Source of the DNA: Flectonema sp. DT1601
Lineage: Eukaryota
Assembly: GCA_964019425.1 (NCBI GenBank)
Contig: OZ025801.1
Location: 930,001 to 994,000 of the forward strand
Direction of reading: 5' to 3'
Length of the DNA: 64,000 bases
Shown here: in pieces, positions 13,878 to 24,690 of the stretch
Layout: every line of letters begins with the position of its first letter
How positions within the stretch are numbered: the stretch's first letter is position 1
The notes under the pieces: generated by a model
The model's database searches: none
The model's input: only the letters and a program-made list of their open reading frames with translations
What the model was told of the DNA's origin: nothing
Made by a program: the position numbers and the translations under genes

Positions 13878-16464
13878 ATGAGAGCAACGCTGACACTGCT
13901 CAGCGCCGTGGTAGGCGCTGAAGCCGTCTGGTCTTTGGGACCTGAGTCGTTCAACTGCAAGATGAGAAACTTGGCGTGGGAGTACGGACAGAAGACTCTT
14001 CCGAAGTACGGAAAGTTCGAGAACTTGTACTACGCGTTGGGTCTGAACAAGGACTGCACGAACGTTACGGGACCTGTTCACTTCACTCCTGCGGATTTGG
14101 AACCAAAGACACCAGTTTTCCCAAGCGGCAGCGGATTCTCTGTTTACGTTGACTTCGTCAAGGGTAACGATGCCAACGATGGTTCAATCGACCATCCGCT
14201 TAAGAGCATCTCCGCTGGTGTGTCGAAGGCGTCGGGTAAGGCTGGAGCGTTCGTGTACCTGAGAGCTGGTACCCACTACCTCACTGAGACTGTTCAGATC
14301 ACAGCTGAGAACAGCGGGATGACGATTCAGAACTACAACGGTGAGAAGGTGATTGTTTCTGGAGGACAGAGACTGGACGTGAAGTGGACTCCACACAACG
14401 TTGCTGACGGGAACAACATGTACGTTACGGATGTCACGGGAGTAGACTACGCGTGGGGATTCCAAAAAGACGGAATTCGTGCGACCCGTGCGAGATTCCC
14501 GAACGGAAACGTTGAGTTGCCAGAGAGAACTGTCGAAGCTGGTGATCCAAACGGTGTCAAGATGATTCCTGGAGGCTCCGCTGCGTGGACCCCACCTGAC
14601 TTGTCAAAGCAGGGAACCCAAACCTACGTTACCAACACCAACCCTTCTCAGATGAGAAACTTCTCAAACTTCGGATTCCAAGAATACATGGTTGGTATTG
14701 GTGGACCTTGTGATATCTACGACCCTCCAGTAGCTTACTGGTGTTCGAAAGACCCTTCAGGTGGAGGTGCTTTTGCCTTCAGAGTTCCGAGAGGAGTGAT
14801 TCCTGATAAGTCTGTGATCGCTCCAAAGGGAGGAGGTCCAGACTCTGGTCTCCACATGCCATACGCTAACCCTGAAGGGGCGATCATCAACGTCTGGAGA
14901 CCTGCGAGATGGGCGAACTGGATGTTTGAACTTGGAAAGTACGACACCACGACTCGCAACATCACCTTCGGAAGGGGAGGATTCCAGGGAGCGAGAGGAA
15001 ACAACAAGGGAGGAGACTTCTTTATTGAGAATGTGATGGAAGAGTTCGACTACCCGAATGAGTTCTTCTTCGATCAGTCTGCCTCGAAGATGTACTTCTT
15101 CTACAACGGAACTGGTGCTCCTTCTGACAACTCTGAGTACGTGATTCCTACTGTGAAGACCGCCTTCAACCTCACCGCGAGCAGATGGAACCCAATTAGA
15201 GATGTTACTATTAGAGGTCTCACGATCACTGCCTTCAGATACACTTACATGGACCCTCACGGTGTTCCATCTGGTGGCGATGGCGCCCTTGATAGAATGG
15301 CTGCTGTGTTCTATGAGGGAACTGAGAACTGTCACTTTGACCAGAACCACATCACCCGTGTTGATGGTAACGGACTAATGATCTCTGGATACAACCGCAA
15401 TGCCACGATCATCAACAACGAGTTCTCTTGGATTGGAGGACACAGTATGGCCGGATGGGGATACACCAACGAGACTGGAGCTCACCCTCTCGAAGGATTT
15501 GACGCCACCGACGGTAACCATCCACAGTACACCACCATCATCAACAACTTGGCTCGTGAGGTCGGACACTATGAGAAGCAATCTGCTTTCTGGTTTCAAG
15601 GAAAGGTTGCTGCCAGTGTGATCAAGTTCAACGTGTTCTTCAACGGACCGAGAGCTGGTATCAACTTCAACGACGGTCTTGGTGGAGGTGATCTTCTGGA
15701 GGGTAACCTTGTCTTCTCAACTTGCAGAGAGTCAGGGGACCACGGACCGTTCAACAGTTGGGATCGTCAGCCGTTTCTAACGACCCAGAGAAACGGTCAG
15801 CCTTCTGTTCAAATGGCATGGAGAACATTGACCCGTAACTTCTTCATCGACAACTACAACCTGCAGGAGGGAATTGATAACGATGATGGCTCAGGTTTTT
15901 ACCATACTCACCACAACTTTCTTGTAAGTGGTAATCGTGGTATGAAGAATGACTTTGGTGGACACGACAACTACCACTACAACAACCTTTACGGATACAT
16001 TGCTAAGGGATTTATTATTTGTACCCAGATTGCTGGCCACGAAGATGCTTTCTACAACAACACTGTCATTATGACTGGTGATCAACTTGCTCATGGAGAG
16101 GGATGTTCTGGACCTGGAAAGACCATCGTTCACGACCTGACGATTTACACTCCAACTGGTAAGGCTACTGAATGTGGTCACAGCCCACCGCAATCACCGG
16201 GAACTACTGTTCACAAGGTATGTTTGATTATGTTTCTATTTTTATATAGCGGAGTACGTATAAAAACAAGAAAGTATTATCTAATATGCATTGAGAAATT
16301 ATTGCAAACTCACATTATTTCTCATGTAAGTTATGGTGGCAAACATTGTTATTGAGTTTCAAAGTACATCCAGCTTGGGTATCTGTAGATCATAAAAATA
16401 AAATAAACAGCTTCCTGAAGACGACGATGTCATTGCGTGGGCTAAGGAACTCCTCAGAATGTAG
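13878..16464 (+). CDS. Secreted beta-helix (GH141-like) protein, copy 5; exons 13878-16217, 16411-16464
   Basis: Same family. 193-nt intron GTATG...AAACAG. Last exon LPEDDDVIAWAKELLRM*. Confidence 0.8.
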
Positions 16465-17370
16465 GTCATTGTGAGGGTTGTTTTCGTTTCAACGTATATG
16501 AGTATTTATTGCTCGTTCTTTCTCGGTTATTTTGTTTCTGCAGATGCAATACCCGTTCGTAAGCTACAGAATAAAGTGTGCGTACATAAATCAAGCTACC
16601 TAATCAATAGCCGTAAGACACCACCCGCGACCAACGGCCCTCGAGACTGCATGTTACTTCGTAGTGTTGCGGAATACACGCAATGCTTCGGTGAAATTCT
16701 TGTTCCTGGGTTTCGGATCGTGGGTAGCTCACCGCCTTGATGACTGCCATGCTTGTTTTCTTTTTTTTTCCCCCCTCTAAGTATTTGTGTTGGTTTGTTT
16801 TCTCTCTTTGGCAAATGATGAATAGCGTTGCCAATGAGATCGGGCGGTTTCGTGGAAGCTATAGCCCTCCGTGCGCTTGTTTCAGAATATATAAATAGTG
16901 TTTCTTGGGTGCAGCCAAGCAATCAGCTACCTGAACGCCTTGCTGTATGGCAAGCGTTTCACTGTAGTGATGTTAGGTTCTGAGAGCTTTAGTAAACTGT
17001 AGTGCACATCATTAGTGCCCTCGAATTTCGGTAAATTTACGTTGTTTCGGCTTTGTGCTCTCTCCCTCTTCACACAGAAGATCCCTTGTATCTTCTTCCT
17101 GGATTTGCTTGTTTTGTTTTATCAAAAAACATAACAAACAAATTTTGGTCTCTACCCTTTTCGTTTCCTAGCACTGAACAGAAGAAGGTGCTGAACATTT
17201 AGTTGAAACTCGTTTGCTTTTATACATCAATTCACCCCCCACACTCAAAATAGAATAGCCATGTCAAAGTCTCTAGTGTTACGTAATCTCATTACTTCAG
17301 GCTAGCTGTACTGACATTGCTGAAATCTTCTTATTAGTTATTTGTAATCAGGTTAGGTTGTTTATTAAAT

Positions 17371-19824
17371 ATGAGAGCAACGCTGACACTGCTCAGCGCC
17401 GTGGTAGGCGCTGAAGCCGTCTGGTCTTTGGGACCTGAGTCGTTCAACTGCAAGATGAGAAACTTGGCGTGGGAGTACGGACAGAAGACTCTTCCGAAGT
17501 ACGGAAAGTTCGAGAACTTGTACTACGCGTTGGGTCTGAACAAGGACTGCACGAACGTTACGGGACCTGTTCACTTCACTCCTGCGGATTTGGAACCAAA
17601 GACACCAGTTTTCCCAAGCGGCAGCGGATTCTCTGTTTACGTTGACTTCGTCAAGGGTAACGATGCCAACGATGGTTCAATCGACCATCCGCTTAAGAGC
17701 ATCTCCGCTGGTGTGTCGAAGGCGTCGGGCAAGGCTGGAGCGTTCGTGTACCTGAGAGCTGGTACCCACTACCTCACTGAGACTGTTCAGATCACAGCTG
17801 AGAACAGCGGGATGACGATTCAGAACTACAACGGTGAGAAGGTGATTGTTTCTGGAGGACAGAGACTGGACGTGAAGTGGACTCCACACAACGTTGCTGA
17901 CGGGAACAACATGTACGTTACGGATGTCACGGGAGTAGACTACGCGTGGGGATTCCAAAAAGACGGAATTCGTGCGACCCGTGCGAGATTCCCGAACGGA
18001 AACGTTGAGTTGCCAGAGAGATCTGCGGAATCTGGTGATCCAAATGGAGTTCAAATGATTCCTGGAGCATTCGCTGTTTGGACCCCACCTGACTTGTCAA
18101 AGCAGGGAACCCAAACCTACGTTACTAACACCAACCCTGCTCAGATGAGAAACTTCACAACCTACGGATTCCAAGAATACATGGTTGGTATTGGTGGACC
18201 TTGTGATATCTACGACCCTCCGGTCTCGTACTGGTGTGCAGAAGCTGTGAAGGGAGGAGGTGCCTTTTCCCTCAGAATGCCAAGAGGAGTGACTCCTGAC
18301 AAGTCTGTGATCGCTCCAAAGGGAGGAGGTCCGGACTCTGGTCTCCACATGCCATACGCTAACCCTGAAGGGGCGATCATCAACATCTGGAGACCTGCGA
18401 GATGGGCGAACTGGATGTTTGAACTTGGAAAGTACGACTCCATGAACAATAACATCACCTTCGGAAGGGGAGGATTCCAGGGAGCGAGAGGAAACGACAA
18501 GGGAGGAGACTTCTTTATTGAGAATGTGATGGAAGAGTTCGACTACCCGAATGAGTTCTTCTTCGATCAGTCTGCCTCGAAGATGTACTTCTTCTACAAC
18601 GGAACTGGTGCTCCTTCTGACAACTCTGAGTACGTAATCCCTACTGTGAAGACCGCCTTCAACCTCACCGCGAGCAGATGGAACCCAATTAGAGATGTTA
18701 CTATTAGAGGTCTCACGATCACTGCCTTCAGATACACTTACATGGACCCTCACGGTGTTCCATCTGGTGGTGACTGGGCTCTTGATAGAATGGCTGCTGT
18801 GTTCTATGAGGGAACTGAGAACTGTCACTTTGACCAGAACCACATCACCCGTGTTGATGGTAACGGAGTAATGATCTCTGGATACAACCGCAATGCCACG
18901 ATCACCAACAACGAGTTCTCTTGGATTGGAGGAAACAGTATGGCCGGATGGGGATACACCAACGAGACTGGAGCTCACCCTCTCGAAGGATTTGACGCCA
19001 CCGACGGTAACCATCCACAGTACACCACCATCATCAACAACTTGGCTCGTGAGGTCGGACACTATGAGAAGCAGTCTTCTTTCTGGTTCCAGGGAAAGGT
19101 TGCTGCCAGTGTGATCAAGTTCAACGTGTTCTTCAACGGACCGAGAGCTGGTATCAACTTCAACGACGGTCTTGGTGGAGGTGATATCGTTGAAGGCAAT
19201 CTTATTTTTTCAAGTTGCAGAGAGTCAGGAGACCACGGACCGTTCAACAGTTGGGATCGTCAGCCGTATCTAACAACTCAGAGAAATGGTCAGCCTTCCC
19301 TTCAAATGGCATGGAGAACATTGACCCGCAACTTCTTCATCGACAACTACAACCTGCAGGAGGGAATTGACAACGATGATGGTTCTGCGTTCTACCACAC
19401 CCACGAGAACTTCCTTGTGAGTGGAGATCAGGGAATGAAGAGTGACTTTGGTGGTAATAACAACTACCATTATAGTAACCTCTACGGATACGTTGGTAAG
19501 GGATTCGGAATCTGTTCTCAGATTGCTGGTCACGAAGATGCTTTCTACAACAACACTTTGGTTATGACCGGAACTGATGTTGGAGACGGAGAGGGATGTT
19601 CTGGACCTGGAAAGACCATCGTTCACGACCTGAAGGTGTACACTCCAACTGGTAAGGCTACTGAATGTGGTCACAGCCCACCGCAATCACCAGGAACTAC
19701 TGTTCATAAGGTATGTTTACATTTTATATTATGGATCACTGAGAGGTGACCTGCTTATTAATATACACAGCTTCCAACTGATGAGGAGATCATCACATGG
19801 GCAAAAATTCTACTCAGAATGTAA
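17371..19824 (+). CDS. Secreted beta-helix (GH141-like) protein, copy 6; exons 17371-19710, 19771-19824
   Basis: Same family. 60-nt intron GTATG...ACACAG. Last exon LPTDEEIITWAKILLRM*. Confidence 0.8.
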
Positions 19825-20113
19825 GTACAGAATGGAACTGATTTCCTTGAAAACCCCATTAGTTTGGTGTGTTTCTGGATAACATAAATGATTATGTAGG
19901 CTTTTGTAGTCTAACAGTTGTTTGAATTGTTTGTTGTCAACTTACACATATAAATATCTTTTTGTTTTAATTTATAACATAACGATCGCTGACTTCAGCG
20001 TGTGTACTCTTTTCTGGCCATTCACTGCTTTCGACTATCTGATTAATTGAATTTTCTATTGTTGTAATGAATAATCATGTTGTTATTATTATTTATTTAC
20101 AGAGTACTACAAT

Positions 20114-22201
20114 ATGAAGGCATTTCAGTTCCTTGCAGCAGGTTGCCTAATTGGGACAACCGTATCAGCACCATGTGGTGGTCTACCGTGTGCCGCTGAT
20201 ATGCCTGATGTAGATGAGTTCCACGCTGGTGGTATGCTTCCAGCTATGAAGATTCCATGTGATGGTAAAGACTTCATTATTGACCCTGCTACTAATAACT
20301 CTTTTAAAGGAGTTGTGGTGATGGCAGTTGATGAAAATGATTTATTTACAAAGTACATGACAAGTGACGCAGGTAGTTTTGACAAGTTTTTTGGAATATC
20401 ATCGAGGCCGTCCATTCCCATCATATTAGCTTCGTGGAACAACCAGTCGCTTGTTGGTCAAATTAGGTCAGCTTTGAATCAAAAAATCTCAACGTTGAAT
20501 GCCACAGACCGCATCTACTGGACTTCAAAGATTATGTATGCTACAGAAACTCTCGATAGCATGACTAGTTCTGATCCAAAATCGAGAGATCCAACCAAGG
20601 CGTCCACGAATGTCCCTGCTCGTATCTTAAATTCAAAATCATTTATTTCAGTCAGAAAACACTTGTCGATTGCGGTGAGTGGCGGCTGGCTCAACGTCTC
20701 TCGTTTAGATGGTTTTTTTCAATTCGTTAACACACAGGATTTACACAATCACTCACCTGTAAACCCAATCAATGCCAACATAACTAGAGGTGATCCTCAA
20801 GTAGCCTGTAACAGTAAGAAACCAATAAAAGAAGTACCTGGTATTATTCTACTGTTGAAAGATGAACTAAGTTGTTCTAATGAAGTAGCTGTTCAGAGCT
20901 ATGCTGCTCAACGTGGAGTGGTCGCTGTAGTGATTATGGCGAAGAAATCAACCCCAACGAAGTTATCTAACATTGGTGAGGATATTGCATCCAACGATGA
21001 ATCAGCTTTTAACGTTGTCGGAAGTATGATTGAATATAACCAACAAGTCGTAGATCTGCTTCCTGCAGACAAGAGCATTTCAGCTGTTTTGGAATACACT
21101 CTTGAGAGAGGTCAATTCTTCAGCGTAGATCATTCCTTCCGTCTTCGTCAGATTGGGTCTCCTATTAATCCAATACTGGCTGTTGTTAGTTGGCAAGCTG
21201 AGTATTTGAATTATTTATATTTAAAGAAAGAGAATGAGTTGAGAATGGAAGGAGAGAATGCTCTATCACACCACACTTCTATTTTTGAAGCAGTTCAGGG
21301 ATCGGTTCACACAACCGGTAGTGTCGGAGCGGTTTCAAATTTTGTGATTCCAGCCAGAGCTGGTGAGTTGTTCAACAGAGCAATGGTGTCTGTGAAGTTT
21401 GAGTGTCCAGGAAATGGAGATTTGGAGTGTCCTGTTTGGGATCGAATCGCAACTGTGAAGGCGGTTTGCGATACTCAACCAAACAAACCTTTTGAACTAA
21501 CTCGTTGGATTTCACCTTATCGTAGAAGTATCGGACAGTGGAATGTTGATGTCACTCAGTACCTTCCTTACTTTTCAAGTTCAAAATCAGTTTCCTGTAA
21601 GGCAACCTTAACAGGATTTTCATTTAACGGGTTCAGCGAACCATGGCTGAGCACCGTGTCGTTAACACTTTACAACGACAACTCTAATAATTACGGATCC
21701 CCAACTGATGTTCATCAACTCCCATTTAAGGGAGGAACATATGACTCAACTTACAACAAGAGAGCTCAGCCTACCAACATCACAATCTCAAACACTGCTA
21801 CTGAATTACAACTAACTGCTCTTATTACTGGTCATGGAAGTGATAACTATGGATGCTGTGAATTTCTTCCAACAAAACACGTTTTTGAAATATCAGGCGA
21901 GGAGTACAGTGTTGCGTTTCTAGATCCTCTTGACAAGTGGGGATGTACGAGAAAGGCTTCTCTTGGAGTTGAGCCAAACGGCTTCGGTGCCTGGTGGTTT
22001 GGTCGTAATGGATGGTGCAATGGAGATATTGTACGCCCTGTGTCATTTAACATTCCAGTTCAAGCTGGAAAGGATCACGTTGAGATAAAATACTACTCGT
22101 TAATTTACAACACTACAACAAAGGGTTGGAATAATCCTCCCTGCACCTCAGGCTGTGGTGATATTGACATGACGAGTTACGTGACCGAATATAAACAGTA
22201 G
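20114..22201 (+). CDS. Secreted peptide-N-glycosidase F-type protein with PA (protease-associated)-like domain, 695 aa
   Basis: Signal peptide. PNGase F-like motifs CPVWDR, FELTRWISPY, LITGHG..GCCEF and WWFGRNGWCNG. PA-like segment GIILLLK...AAQRGVVAVVIM. Confidence 0.8.
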   Translation: MKAFQFLAAGCLIGTTVSAPCGGLPCAADMPDVDEFHAGGMLPAMKIPCDGKDFIIDPATNNSFKGVVVMAVDENDLFTKYMTSDAGSFDKFFGISSRPSIPIILASWNNQSLVGQIRSALNQKISTLNATDRIYWTSKIMYATETLDSMTSSDPKSRDPTKASTNVPARILNSKSFISVRKHLSIAVSGGWLNVSRLDGFFQFVNTQDLHNHSPVNPINANITRGDPQVACNSKKPIKEVPGIILLLKDELSCSNEVAVQSYAAQRGVVAVVIMAKKSTPTKLSNIGEDIASNDESAFNVVGSMIEYNQQVVDLLPADKSISAVLEYTLERGQFFSVDHSFRLRQIGSPINPILAVVSWQAEYLNYLYLKKENELRMEGENALSHHTSIFEAVQGSVHTTGSVGAVSNFVIPARAGELFNRAMVSVKFECPGNGDLECPVWDRIATVKAVCDTQPNKPFELTRWISPYRRSIGQWNVDVTQYLPYFSSSKSVSCKATLTGFSFNGFSEPWLSTVSLTLYNDNSNNYGSPTDVHQLPFKGGTYDSTYNKRAQPTNITISNTATELQLTALITGHGSDNYGCCEFLPTKHVFEISGEEYSVAFLDPLDKWGCTRKASLGVEPNGFGAWWFGRNGWCNGDIVRPVSFNIPVQAGKDHVEIKYYSLIYNTTTKGWNNPPCTSGCGDIDMTSYVTEYKQ

Positions 22202-22562
22202 GCTGACTGCCTGAACACCCCGTGTGAGTTTTTGTGCGTGTTTTTTTTTTTTTCAATTTCTTAATTTTATTCATACATAAAGAAGTCTGTTCCTTACTCC
22301 TTTTCTTTAATCAAAATAGGCTGCAGACTGTGTACTTTACTACTGCTGCCTGCAGCACTCATTTTCGACGATCGTTTTGGAAGAAGAATACGAGTTATGG
22401 TTTAATTAAATAGTTATTTTAGGGTTATGCTATTCACTCAACAGCATTAGTCATGGGGGGAAAGATTTAAAAAACGAAGTATTTAAAAAAAAATCTTTTT
22501 TTTTCTTTTCCCCAGGTAATCCAGGAATTATATTTTCCTCCCTCCGCGTTGTATCCTTAAGG

Positions 22563-24314
22563 ATGGCCAGATGTATTTGGCAATATAAAGATGGGACTTT
22601 CGTCGACTTACCTCACGACGCCTCTGGAGAAATAGAAAAGGGATACGTTGCTCAACAGGGAAAAGGCAAATACGATATTGAAATTGAAGGCAGAAAGTAC
22701 ACTGTTTGCTTTACAGGTTTTTTGCAAAAGAACATATCATCTGGAAAAGAGAGAAAGGTGCGAAGAATGATGCAAGCAAACTCTTGGGAATTTAAAGATG
22801 ATGATGGTTGGAGATCTTTTGATGCCTTGTCTACTAAAAAATTAGAAAACGCAATGCGATCGTCGACTGATAATATTACGCTATCAGTCTCTGGAGGTAA
22901 ACAACTGAATGTTAATTTGAAGAAATTAACACAAACTAGTTCAGATAATCATAAAAAACGAAAAATAAGACGAGTTTGGAGCTCTCCTGTGTCACTATTA
23001 AAATCAAAACAAATTTTAAATTCTAAAATTGTGTCCTTGACGGGTGAAGTTCCTGAAGAAACTGAATCTGAGTCAGATGACCAAGGCTGTTCAGCAGCTG
23101 TAAAAAGACTGAAAGTTGATTCAGAGCCGACAGATGTAATGCCTAGTGGTGATCTACCGACACCGTATGAGGCGGTTCAAAAAATATTTTCTCCTGAATT
23201 CACAAAATCTCTTTCTATTGTTAGAATAGCGGGAACGATTCCTCCTGCTCAAGTTGTTTACACCTTTGACATGGATGATACTTTAATTACTACTCGTGGG
23301 AAACACGTTCACCCAAAGAATGCTCAGGACTGGCAATGGCTAACACCTGAGGTTCCAGGAATGTTAAAAAAGTTAGTAAAAGATGGAATAAAGATTGTAA
23401 TATTTAGTAATCAAGCTGGGATTGCAGGAAATAAATTTAAAGAAAATCAAATAAAGACGAAGATCGCAAACATGTCAAAAGAATTGGGGTTTAATATTCC
23501 TGCGTACATTGCTGCGGGAAAGGACATGGGAAGAAAACCAAACGTTGGAATGTGGTTCGCCATGGAACACGATAACGGTGGTACAAAGGTTGACATATCA
23601 AAATCGATGTACATTGGAGACGCAGCAGGAAGAAAAATTGACACTCTTGGAGGAAAAGGAAAAGACTTTTCCTGCAGCGATCGTAAGTTTGCTCGTAATG
23701 TAGGAGTGAAATTTGAAACTCCTGAAGAATTCTTTCGGGGAGCGAAACCTGCTTCCTTTTCATGGTGTGGCTTTGTACCAGACTTGTCAACAATGAACGC
23801 TAAACTAATTCCCAAAGCACAACTCTCTCAAACTCATCAAGAAGTAGTACTAATGATAGGATACCCTGGATGTGGTAAGAGTACCTTCAGTCATAAGAAT
23901 TTCATTCCAAATGGATACGTGCACGTCAACAGAGACACTTTAAAAACACCAGCAAAATGCAAAAAAGTTCTAATCGAGTCCTTAACGTCTGGCAAGTCTG
24001 CTGTTATCGATAATACGAATCCGAAATCTGAAACTCGTTTGGAATATATAAAAATAGCATTGTCTCACAAAGTTCCTATTCGTTGTTTTCATTTCTCTGC
24101 TTCGTATGAGATGGCACAGCATTTAAATTACTACAGAGAGTTCCTTACAAAAGGAAGCCATAAACACGTTCCTGACATAGCATATCGGATGTACGGTTCT
24201 GGTTTTACTGCTCCAAGTAAAAAGGAAGGGTTTTCTGAAATTATTCAAGTAGATTTCGTACCTGAGTTCAAAAATGAAACTGAGAAAGGGCTATTTCAGA
24301 TGTCTTTAGTATAA
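22563..24314 (+). CDS. PNKP: Bifunctional polynucleotide 3'-phosphatase/5'-kinase with two N-terminal WWE domains, 583 aa
   Basis: HAD motifs FDMDDTLI, IFSNQAGI, RKPNVGMW, YIGDAAGR and DFSCSDRKFA. Kinase motifs GYPGCGKST, VNRDTL and IDNTNP. Confidence 0.92.
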   Translation: MARCIWQYKDGTFVDLPHDASGEIEKGYVAQQGKGKYDIEIEGRKYTVCFTGFLQKNISSGKERKVRRMMQANSWEFKDDDGWRSFDALSTKKLENAMRSSTDNITLSVSGGKQLNVNLKKLTQTSSDNHKKRKIRRVWSSPVSLLKSKQILNSKIVSLTGEVPEETESESDDQGCSAAVKRLKVDSEPTDVMPSGDLPTPYEAVQKIFSPEFTKSLSIVRIAGTIPPAQVVYTFDMDDTLITTRGKHVHPKNAQDWQWLTPEVPGMLKKLVKDGIKIVIFSNQAGIAGNKFKENQIKTKIANMSKELGFNIPAYIAAGKDMGRKPNVGMWFAMEHDNGGTKVDISKSMYIGDAAGRKIDTLGGKGKDFSCSDRKFARNVGVKFETPEEFFRGAKPASFSWCGFVPDLSTMNAKLIPKAQLSQTHQEVVLMIGYPGCGKSTFSHKNFIPNGYVHVNRDTLKTPAKCKKVLIESLTSGKSAVIDNTNPKSETRLEYIKIALSHKVPIRCFHFSASYEMAQHLNYYREFLTKGSHKHVPDIAYRMYGSGFTAPSKKEGFSEIIQVDFVPEFKNETEKGLFQMSLV

Positions 24315-24690
24315 GCAAGTGTACTTAGTCAATAATAATCTCTGTTTTCTTGTTACAGATGATCTTGTAATAACCATCAGCGTATCTTTAGCACAACAAA
24401 TACTTATGGTCTGTTGGGGTCTGAAAAAAAAACAAAATAAAAACAGTTTTATTGTTAAAGGAACGTTGGAATTTAAACAACAGTTATTCAACTACTGTGG
24501 GGGAGGAGGAAGTGGGAAAAAAAAAAAAAAAAAAAGAAGAGAAGAGAAGAGAAAAAGACAAGACGTGAAATTATCCTATTTTAGCTTTTCATAGAATTTG
24601 TAGTAAACTTGTCGTTCGTTCATAAGATCTGTAGTACACTTTGATTGTGTTTATATTATTTTCTTCAGGAGGTAACAAACCAGATCATCA

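Noticed and set aside
442..19062. Recurrent 321-331 aa minus-strand ORFs and short overlapping ORFs in the array
   Set aside because: Antisense shadows caused by the sense gene's avoidance of TTA/CTA/TCA codons. They repeat only because the gene repeats, and one is broken in copy 5.
8304..19749. Variable C-terminal tails in the ORF track (VCLIWYYLNYK, VCLIMFLF..., VCLHFILWITER)
   Set aside because: Read-through into introns. Splicing gives a conserved 17-aa last exon instead.
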